From the IMG/VR virus record IMGVR_UViG_3300017650_000009: a stretch of DNA of 36,492 bases, one strand, 5' to 3'. Made by a program: the position numbers and the translations under genes. The notes under the pieces are model-generated. The model ran no database searches and had not been told where the DNA came from. It saw only the letters and a list, made by a program, of their open reading frames with translations. The stretch's first letter is position 1, and the number at the start of each line of letters is the position of its first letter. Positions 12,170 to 19,015 of this stretch are shown here, in pieces. The DNA is from a virus (lineage: Duplodnaviria > Heunggongvirae > Uroviricota > Caudoviricetes).

Positions 12170-12457
12170 ATGAAATCAGAAAACTTATGGATCATCGGTA
12201 TTGTTGGCTCGGTAATGTTACTTATCGCAGCTTTGATGTGGGGGCATCAAATTTACAATAGCAACTCTTTGAAACAAGATCACGAGCGGATCGTTAAAGG
12301 GTTACCAGAAGGTTGTACGTTTCATGAACTAGGTAATTACGGAAACATTCGCAATACGTTTTTCATTCGATGTGAAAATAAAATAACAACGACTGAAGGT
12401 ACCATTTCCAGGCCAAAGAGTTTACCCCCAAAGGGTTTTACTGTTATATCGGAATAA
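12170..12457 (+). CDS. small membrane-anchored protein
   Basis: ATG 12170; N-terminal TM segment LWIIGIVGSVMLLIAALMW; two Cys in the soluble part. Confidence 0.7.
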   Translation: MKSENLWIIGIVGSVMLLIAALMWGHQIYNSNSLKQDHERIVKGLPEGCTFHELGNYGNIRNTFFIRCENKITTTEGTISRPKSLPPKGFTVISE

Positions 12458-12458
12458 C

Positions 12459-12484
12459 AAAAAGCCCGCTTTGCGGGCTTTTTT
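12459..12484. terminator. bidirectional intrinsic terminator
   Basis: AAAAAGCCCGC-TTT-GCGGGCTTTTTT between convergent genes. Confidence 0.9.
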
Positions 12485-12830
12485 ATTCTACAATAATCTC
12501 GTAAATGTTTCGGATTTTAGCCCCATGTACGAGTTTAAGCATCATTACATCGTACTTGTTTTCCAAATATACGAAATCTCGTTTTCGTACTGCTGGTACT
12601 CCAAATTCAGTTGCAACGTCGATATAGTGGAATGAAAATTTACCCGAACAATTGTCTCTCAGATACTGTTCTACTTCTTCACCAACCGTACACGTTTCGT
12701 CACAATACCGATCGTAATACTTGAACTTACGTCGAGGATTCACATTTAGCTCAAAGGCTACTTTCCATTTAAAAATACCCTTAGGGTATTTCTTCAACTT
12801 CAGGGGTCTTGGATTTGTCTTATTACTCAT
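12483..12830 (-). CDS. hypothetical protein (paralogue family)
   Basis: GAGGT RBS and its own promoter; C-terminal VYLENKYDVMMLKLVHG. Confidence 0.8.
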   Translation of the reverse strand: MSNKTNPRPLKLKKYPKGIFKWKVAFELNVNPRRKFKYYDRYCDETCTVGEEVEQYLRDNCSGKFSFHYIDVATEFGVPAVRKRDFVYLENKYDVMMLKLVHGAKIRNIYEIIVE

Positions 12831-12832
12831 AG

Positions 12833-12879
12833 AAATACCTCACTTTGCCCGTTATAACTGGGTTGTGAGGTATTTGCAA
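12833..12879 (-). promoter_or_regulatory. sigma70-type promoter inside an RBS-sequestering hairpin
   Basis: TTGCAA-N17-TATAAC; 11-bp arms AAATACCTCAC/GTGAGGTATTT include the GAGG RBS. Confidence 0.65.
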
Positions 12880-13404
12880 TTACTTTGTTCCTTTTTCACC
12901 AAGTTCACAAAGCTTTTCAATGTTGTCCTTGACGAATGTATCAAAGTCCGTAACGATATATGGTGTTGTTCCACCCTTGACATAGTGGACATATGAACCC
13001 AGCTTAAAGTGAGAAGCAAGATCCGCACGGAACGCTACCCATGAACCTTTTCGTGTAATCTTGAAGATGGTTAAGCTAAGATCTCCAGGTTCAGCAGGAG
13101 TTTCTGTTTGCTCGATCCACATGTCAAGCTTCTTACATTTTCCATCGATGATGTTATGGAACTCGATATCCTTGTAATTCTTGGCTTCCAGATTGAACTT
13201 CATAAACTTTTGTGGTGGGATAATATCACCCTTCACCAATCGGACTTGTCCGTCATCCATGAGAACTTTACGGGTAACGTTTGCACCACCCACGTATGCG
13301 CCGGAGTTAGGAACACGCATCCAGTGGCCTCCTAGGGACTCGCCTAGAAATTTACAGATCGCAAGTTCCCATGAATTGCCCTTGGCTTTGGCTTTACTTG
13401 TCAT
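12880..13404 (-). CDS. Holliday junction resolvase (PD-(D/E)XK, Hjc-like)
   Basis: KAKGNSWE...R...SGA...GDII...LEAK motif set. Confidence 0.85.
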   Translation of the reverse strand: MTSKAKAKGNSWELAICKFLGESLGGHWMRVPNSGAYVGGANVTRKVLMDDGQVRLVKGDIIPPQKFMKFNLEAKNYKDIEFHNIIDGKCKKLDMWIEQTETPAEPGDLSLTIFKITRKGSWVAFRADLASHFKLGSYVHYVKGGTTPYIVTDFDTFVKDNIEKLCELGEKGTK

Positions 13405-13445
13405 TTTCTGGTTTCCATAAATAGATTAAAATTACATGTTAATGA

Positions 13446-13453
13446 TATTTATA
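13446..13453 (-). promoter_or_regulatory. late promoter TATAAATA for the resolvase
   Basis: Exact T4 late consensus about 40 nt upstream of ATG 13404. Confidence 0.75.
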
Positions 13454-13495
13454 GGCCCCGCCCAAAGCACGATTTCAGTTAAGTCGTTTTAGTTA

Positions 13496-13525
13496 TTGAC
13501 GTTTCTGTTTCCACGCTGCTACATT
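13496..13525 (+). promoter_or_regulatory. sigma70-type promoter pointing into the non-coding locus
   Basis: TTGACG-N18-TACATT with a TG extension. Confidence 0.6.
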
Positions 13526-13553
13526 ATGAGCATATTAATTCTTTATTGGCACA

Positions 13554-13590
13554 CAAATTGGCTCACTAATAAGACTCGCAAATTGGCTCA
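13554..13590 (+). repeat. 12-bp direct repeat, 2 copies (CAAATTGGCTCA)
   Basis: Exact copies at 13554-13565 and 13579-13590. Confidence 0.9.
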
Positions 13591-13639
13591 TATACTCCAA
13601 AATTAAATTTCTCGCAAGAGACTTGCCCATAACTAAAAC

Positions 13640-14090
13640 AAAAATAAGGGACATGTTCCCGGGCATTACCACTTAGGACCCATTGGAGAGGTTCTATTTG
13701 TCGGCACAAGATGTCGATACTCTTACTGGTTAAAAGCTGCGAAACGTACAAATCATGCGCAGTAAGAGTGGAAAGCAAAGGCATCCTTGAAAAATAGGAT
13801 CTTCTTTGTGGAACAGATAGAAGCTGTTCGTGTCTAGTGCTATTGTGACTAAACAATAGTGAACCCGCTACGAAGCCGCTGGTATGAGCAAGGTAGTGGG
13901 GTTAATTGTTGAACTAACGAATCAACGACCGTCCTGATTGATAGCACCGAAAGGTGTGAATTCAAGGAGCTGCGGGTAGTGGTGGTAACACCCAGAGAAT
14001 CAAGTCAGACCTAGGTCTCTTACGCCCGTACATGCCAGACCCTCGTACAAATTGCTTATTTGTCTTCTCCCCGAAACCGGGGGAGACCGT
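13640..14090 (+). ncRNA. putative large structured non-coding RNA, family not recognised
   Basis: More than ten helices identified by eye, GNRA tetraloops (GCACC-GAAA-GGTGT, GGTG-GTAA-CACC), G-U pairs that work only on the + strand, no credible ORF. Confidence 0.65.
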
Positions 14091-14098
14091 ACCTTGGC

Positions 14099-14389
14099 TA
14101 ATTTGATTAAAGATTAAGAAAAAGATTTAGTTAGATTGATTTTGCTTCGAAGAAGCAAAACAAGTAACGCATTTGCGCTTCAGTACTCACAAGCTCGTAC
14201 TTCTCACTTAATGCGAACTTGTAATCAATAGCTTCTTTTGGGGATGAAATTAAATGGATCATGTCTTATGGGATTTGAGTATGAGCTTGCGAAGTACGAA
14301 AAAGACCATAAGACATTGGTGTGTGTTCGAAGAACATACCCAAATCCCTAACTATGTGATATCCTTAAGCTTTTTAGGATTTAAGGATA
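14099..14389. other. AT-rich tract plus nested inverted repeats; putative replication origin or ssDNA signal
   Basis: 46 nt without C (14099-14144), two TTC-GAA-GAA hairpins and several nested stems. Confidence 0.45.
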
Positions 14390-14463
14390 GTTTTGAGTTG
14401 ATTTCTGTCCCATTTTCTGTTATATAAAAGGGAACGCTGGCACAAACGCCTGGAGCAACGAAC

Positions 14464-14850
14464 ATGAGCAAAATACAAATTTACTTCGACGGAGGCTGTA
14501 AACCAAATCCCGGTAACATGGAGATCTGCGTCGTTATTGTTGGAGATGGAGCGCCCGAAGCAAAGACAGTTTTTGATCTGGGCTATGGCACGAATAACAT
14601 AGCAGAGTGGTCAGCTTTGCTATGGGCGACAAGTATTGCAAAGGAACGCGGATATAAAGACGTTGAGTTCCTCGGTGATAATATCACTGTTATCAACCAA
14701 GCTGATAACAAGTGGAAAATTAAAGAGCGTAGTTTCCTTCCATTTAAGTCAGAGTTCATGCAAATGAATCACAACATCAGAGGAACACTACGCCATGTAC
14801 CTCGGGATTCAAATCGAGCAGGAACATTTTTGGAGAATGGAATTGTTTAA
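14464..14850 (+). CDS. ribonuclease HI-like protein
   Basis: YFDGG..PNPG, TNNIAEW, LGDN and HVPRDSN motifs; GGAG RBS. Confidence 0.9.
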   Translation: MSKIQIYFDGGCKPNPGNMEICVVIVGDGAPEAKTVFDLGYGTNNIAEWSALLWATSIAKERGYKDVEFLGDNITVINQADNKWKIKERSFLPFKSEFMQMNHNIRGTLRHVPRDSNRAGTFLENGIV

Positions 14851-14873
14851 AGCGGGAAATTTCCCGCTTTTTT
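14849..14873 (+). terminator. intrinsic terminator
   Basis: Palindrome AAAGCGGGAAATTTCCCGCTTT followed by a T run. Confidence 0.85.
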
Positions 14874-14885
14874 CTATTTCTTCGG

Positions 14886-14914
14886 TTGACTAATTCCTGA
14901 ATTCCTATATGTTG
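14886..14914 (+). promoter_or_regulatory. early cassette-type promoter
   Basis: TTGAC-taattcctgaattcct-ATATGTTG; same pattern as the 25.3-27.9 kb promoters. Confidence 0.75.
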
Positions 14915-14942
14915 GGTATAAGAGCAAACGGAGAACAAACAA

Positions 14943-15215
14943 ATGCAGATCGAAACAAACAACACCGCTACTAACTGGATGAAAAACATCGCTGGTGAAG
15001 ATTTCGAACACATTATTGTTTTCCGCTATTATGGCGATGTCAATGAGCAGCTTTATACGAATTTACGTGATCGTGAACCAGAAATGCGTAATTTGTTCCG
15101 TCACTACCCAAACGTAACATGTAAGCGTGTCAAGGGATACGAGCTCAAAGAAGCAGGTTGGGAACTTGCAGGTGCCCAATTGGTTCAAACTTTCAAAATC
15201 ATGTTGATCAAATAA
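14943..15215 (+). CDS. hypothetical early protein
   Basis: GGAG RBS and its own promoter. Confidence 0.8.
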   Translation: MQIETNNTATNWMKNIAGEDFEHIIVFRYYGDVNEQLYTNLRDREPEMRNLFRHYPNVTCKRVKGYELKEAGWELAGAQLVQTFKIMLIK

Positions 15216-15237
15216 TAAGAGCCCCAACTGGGGCTCT
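15211..15237 (-). terminator. intrinsic terminator between convergent genes
   Basis: AGAGCCCCA-ac-TGGGGCTCT; U-rich tail on the minus strand. Confidence 0.75.
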
Positions 15238-15467
15238 CAAAGTATCGGGAGTTTCGTTTTATTAACGCGCTCAATATTTTCATCAATGAGCTTGAGAATG
15301 CTAGTGCGTTCGGTATGTGAGAGTTCCCAAGCTTGATCGCGTGTTACACCACCGCGCATAAACCAACATATCTCGTGGATCTGTTTTTCTAGGGCTCTTG
15401 TCTCTTTGTGATATCGACTAATGATTTTTCCGATATCCTCTGGATCCGACGTACTCAAGAGCCTCAT
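15237..15467 (-). CDS. gp51-like baseplate hub assembly protein
   Basis: ICWFMRGGVT...AW.LS..ER motif; ATGA overlap with the gp26-like gene. Confidence 0.65.
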   Translation of the reverse strand: MRLLSTSDPEDIGKIISRYHKETRALEKQIHEICWFMRGGVTRDQAWELSHTERTSILKLIDENIERVNKTKLPIL

Positions 15468-16303
15468 GCGAAAAAATGGCTAGGATCAAAAATTAAATCA
15501 GTACTCCATTCGTGTTGGCATTCTTCAACCGGGCACACCAAGCTAATAGCCTTATCGATACCTGCGTCCTCAAATTGTTTCATACCTTCTTGGATCTTTT
15601 TGATATGATTACGATCGGCGTTCTGAATAAACTCAGCGATGAACTTGGGTTCCGTTACGACGGCTTCTGGTGCAACGATACTGATGATAGAATCCACAAG
15701 CATGTCCAGGTTTAAATTGCTGATCTTATTGAACGTGCTGGAGAAAATCTTAACACGTTCCTCGGCAGTCCAATCAAGATTTAACATGGATTGAATAAGC
15801 TTGGTTTCCTCAAAAGCCGCAATGTTCATCTTCGTACTTGCGTTGTAATCGTGCGGGCGCAAGTTGACAACCAAGTCATCATTCAAACGCACACTAACTT
15901 CTTTTGGTAGTGGTTTTGCAGTGGCCATGATCTCATCAATCGGGCACTCGAAATCATGTTCATTCCCACACTTCGGGCATTTAGCTGTGATTGTGATCTT
16001 GTTTCCGTATGATGCCTTTTTAATCGCAAGTAAAACATAATCGATATCTACGGCTGGCATTTTACGTGGATTTTTAATTCCTGGAGCGCACGAGCGAACG
16101 ATTTGTTCAACTGACTGTCCATTCAAAAGTGAATCTGGATTCTTTGACCAAACTTCATCACGGGCAGTCATCGGACTAATTGCGAGTTCTCCAGTCATAC
16201 TCAGTTCGAGATCTTTTGGATCAGTAAACGCTCCACCGCTTGGCAAGCTAATGTGGATGCCTGGCATTCTAAAGTGATTTGATAGTGGATTTGTCTCTGT
16301 CAT
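15464..16303 (-). CDS. gp26-like baseplate hub subunit
   Basis: NPL..HFR.P...I.LPS.G, PMTARDE...KNPD.LLNG, D.DY.LLAI..ASYG, CPKC and a C-terminal CP...C. Confidence 0.8.
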   Translation of the reverse strand: MTETNPLSNHFRMPGIHISLPSGGAFTDPKDLELSMTGELAISPMTARDEVWSKNPDSLLNGQSVEQIVRSCAPGIKNPRKMPAVDIDYVLLAIKKASYGNKITITAKCPKCGNEHDFECPIDEIMATAKPLPKEVSVRLNDDLVVNLRPHDYNASTKMNIAAFEETKLIQSMLNLDWTAEERVKIFSSTFNKISNLNLDMLVDSIISIVAPEAVVTEPKFIAEFIQNADRNHIKKIQEGMKQFEDAGIDKAISLVCPVEECQHEWSTDLIFDPSHFFA

Positions 16304-16330
16304 GTTTAGCCTCTAATTCCTCTTGTCTCG

Positions 16331-16374
16331 TATTTAGTACGCGGTTAACCTAGTGGTTAATCTGTTGGTAAATA
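16331..16374. promoter_or_regulatory. back-to-back late promoters
   Basis: TAAATA on minus (16331-16336) and plus (16369-16374), with an imperfect inverted repeat GGTTAACC/GGTTAATC between them. Confidence 0.75.
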
Positions 16375-16401
16375 ATCGGACACAACTGGAGGAGTCTGAT
16401 T

Positions 16402-18984
16402 ATGGCTGATTTTGATCTAGAGCAGATGCGAGTAATTCTGATGAGTCTTGCAGATCGTCTTGCTCAGACAAAGGGCGACGAAATGATCGTGGCCAAGCTA
16501 CAAGTTGTGGAAAAAGCTATGAGAGACTTGCAGAAGCAAATCGATCAGGATAACAAGCGTGGCAGCAAAGAATCAAAGAAGCAAGCGGAAGACTATGCTA
16601 AGGACTTTATAAACCGGCTTGAGGCGTCGAAGGTATTCGAACCCGTCGTGAAGTCCATCGATAAACTCGCTGAGAAACAATCCCAAAATGGTCAGATTAA
16701 TGCTCAAGGTTGGGACATGCCAGGAAAATTCTCCAAGGGTATGGGCAGCATTATAAATGGTTTGTCCAACATTGGCGGTGCTTTGGGGAAATTCTCTGTT
16801 GGTATTGATAAAGCAAAAAACAATCTAGATGGTTCATTATCCGGACTTGCTAAGGCTTTTGGTGCCGATGACGCTGGTCCCGTGGCCACAGTTCTCAAAG
16901 GTATGGATAATCGTATCGATGCTTACCGAATTTTGCTATCTTCGGCAGAAGGCACAATCCAATCCCTAGGTGATCTAGGTGCAGCAATGAACACTGCTAG
17001 AATGGGAGCAAAGGATTTTGCTGAAGCTATCGCTGCGGGTGGTCGCGGCGCTAGATTGTTTGGTGCGATGGATTGGGCAAGTATGCACAAGGCATTTAAG
17101 GAACAGGCCAGTGCAAGCGGAATGTACGGTTACACTTTGAAGCAATTGGCTACAGTGCAAAACACTCAGCTTGAAATCATTAGTAACCAAGGTGATATTT
17201 TTAGCCAAAACCGTGAAACTCTATCCAAGCAACTTGATGCTCTTTTGAAGGTAAATGCAAAGTCTGCATTCATCTTGGGCAAAAGCCGCGAAGATCAGCT
17301 AAAAGCGATTGCTGAAGCTTCTCGAGATCCAGCATTCAATACTTTCATGCATGGTGCGTTTGCCCAAATGGGTGATGAGCAAGCCAAAGCTCAAAAAGGT
17401 CTCGTAAATGTAGTCCAGGCAACACTAGGAGGTATTAGTCCAGCACTAAAGGACATTTTCCAAGATCAGTTCATGCTTGATGGTGCAGTTCGAGGTGAGG
17501 CAGCGCAAACTTTCGCTTTGTTGCCGCAAGAGATGCAGAAGACACTAACTGATATTGCAGCGGATCTAAAGAGCGGGCAGCTTACAAATCAAGATGAAGC
17601 AAATGCTCGCATTCAACAGTTGGGTCCCGAAATGGCAAAACTCATGCAGGGTCAGAATGCTGAAACGATGGGTCTACTTGCTCGGCTAAACGAGGGTCAG
17701 TTTCAGAAAGCCGCTGAAATTTTTATTGGGACCCAAAATCTAAGACAAGAAAAGGCCACAAATGATATTTTAGGAGCAAAAGATGCTGGATCCACAGCGA
17801 TGCTCCAGATGGAAAATCTCATTCAAAATATGAGTTCCACATTGGATACCACTTTTACACAAATGACTCAACCCATTTTGAATGAGTTCGGACCAAAGAT
17901 GCAAACATTGATTAAATCCACTGATGATTTGATCCTGGGGTTTGATGAGTTGTTGAAAAAGATGGGTGGATTCTCAACTGCAATTCTTACGGCTGCTGGT
18001 CTTCTAGGGGGTGGTTTGCTTTTGAGTAAGACTGCGGGTATGGCAAGTATTATTTTTGGTCGACAATTGTTACCAATGATGGGAAATGTTTTGCGAACAA
18101 TTGCAACCCCATTAATCAAAGCGGCTGGACTTGGAGCATCAGCAATTGCCACTCTGACTTCGGGTACCTTTATCAAGAATATCGCAACTAGTATTTCCAG
18201 TGCTGTTGGGACAACTTTAGGTAACGTGCTCAATAGTACATCTGGGCTTGCGGGGAAAGCTGGATTGGGGCTTGCAGGACGTGTTGGTTTTGGTGCTCTT
18301 AGTACGGCAGCACTTGTCTATAATATGCCTGATCAGATTAGTACGGATAACCTCCCAACATCTCAAGATGAATATAATAGACGTATTGAGGAACAATTTA
18401 AGGATCCTAATTCGGCTGATGCTATTGCTAACCGTTTTGGAGACCCTAGAAGCTGGATCTTCAACGCTTTGGGTATCGATGATATTCGCACAGATGATCT
18501 CACGAACAAACAATATCGAATTAACTCGGATGGCACACGTTCTTATTTGGATGAGACTCCACGTGATAAGGGAATGACTGAACAGGAATTCACCGACTCA
18601 CTAAAGGAACTCGGTGTAAAGAGCGATCGTCTCAATGCTTATGGTTCGGTTGATCCCACAAGTGCTGAAGCCGCTGATATTAATAAAGCAATCGACGAAT
18701 ACATCACAAAGAATCCAGAAATTATGCTGGCTGATCCACAACCCACATTTGCTACACCATTGTTTGATGAACAAAACTTTGAATCACGTTTTGGAGATCC
18801 ACAATCCCCAAATACACAACAGGGACCACTTACGCAGGAAAGTATCAATGAGCGTCTTCTACAAACGCTTAAGGATTTGGTATCCCTGCAGCGTGAAATT
18901 GGAATGAATACGCAGATACAGCTCGCAGAGGGAATTAAGATCCAAGAAGACATCCTGAGAACCACTAGAAATAAAAATTCATAA
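16402..18984 (+). CDS. tape-measure-like tail protein
   Basis: 860 aa, Ala/Gly/Gln-rich helical sequence with hydrophobic Gly-rich segments; divergent from gp26/gp51-like genes; late promoter. Confidence 0.65.
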   Translation: MADFDLEQMRVILMSLADRLAQTKGDEMIVAKLQVVEKAMRDLQKQIDQDNKRGSKESKKQAEDYAKDFINRLEASKVFEPVVKSIDKLAEKQSQNGQINAQGWDMPGKFSKGMGSIINGLSNIGGALGKFSVGIDKAKNNLDGSLSGLAKAFGADDAGPVATVLKGMDNRIDAYRILLSSAEGTIQSLGDLGAAMNTARMGAKDFAEAIAAGGRGARLFGAMDWASMHKAFKEQASASGMYGYTLKQLATVQNTQLEIISNQGDIFSQNRETLSKQLDALLKVNAKSAFILGKSREDQLKAIAEASRDPAFNTFMHGAFAQMGDEQAKAQKGLVNVVQATLGGISPALKDIFQDQFMLDGAVRGEAAQTFALLPQEMQKTLTDIAADLKSGQLTNQDEANARIQQLGPEMAKLMQGQNAETMGLLARLNEGQFQKAAEIFIGTQNLRQEKATNDILGAKDAGSTAMLQMENLIQNMSSTLDTTFTQMTQPILNEFGPKMQTLIKSTDDLILGFDELLKKMGGFSTAILTAAGLLGGGLLLSKTAGMASIIFGRQLLPMMGNVLRTIATPLIKAAGLGASAIATLTSGTFIKNIATSISSAVGTTLGNVLNSTSGLAGKAGLGLAGRVGFGALSTAALVYNMPDQISTDNLPTSQDEYNRRIEEQFKDPNSADAIANRFGDPRSWIFNALGIDDIRTDDLTNKQYRINSDGTRSYLDETPRDKGMTEQEFTDSLKELGVKSDRLNAYGSVDPTSAEAADINKAIDEYITKNPEIMLADPQPTFATPLFDEQNFESRFGDPQSPNTQQGPLTQESINERLLQTLKDLVSLQREIGMNTQIQLAEGIKIQEDILRTTRNKNS

Positions 18985-18987
18985 ATA
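18982..18987 (+). promoter_or_regulatory. late promoter for the portal gene
   Basis: TAAATA overlapping the upstream stop codon. Confidence 0.7.
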
Positions 18988-19015
18988 GTGAGTTAACAAA
19001 AGTTAGGAACGATTT

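Noticed and set aside
13566-13856. 96 aa minus-strand ORF in the non-coding locus
   Set aside because: TTG start, no clear RBS and no recognisable motif; lies antisense to the strand supported by the promoter, G-U pairs and GNRA loops.
13640-14090. RNase P, tmRNA, group I or group II intron identity for the structured RNA
   Set aside because: Only fragmentary resemblance (CCCGGGC, ACAAAUUGCUUA, GACUA/AGUC). No GAGGAAAGUCC, no tRNA-like ends, no catalytic domain V and no interrupted host gene. A covariance-model search is still needed.
13640-14850. Retron (msr-msd plus RNase H)
   Set aside because: No reverse transcriptase in the window and no clear a1/a2 repeats bracketing both parts.
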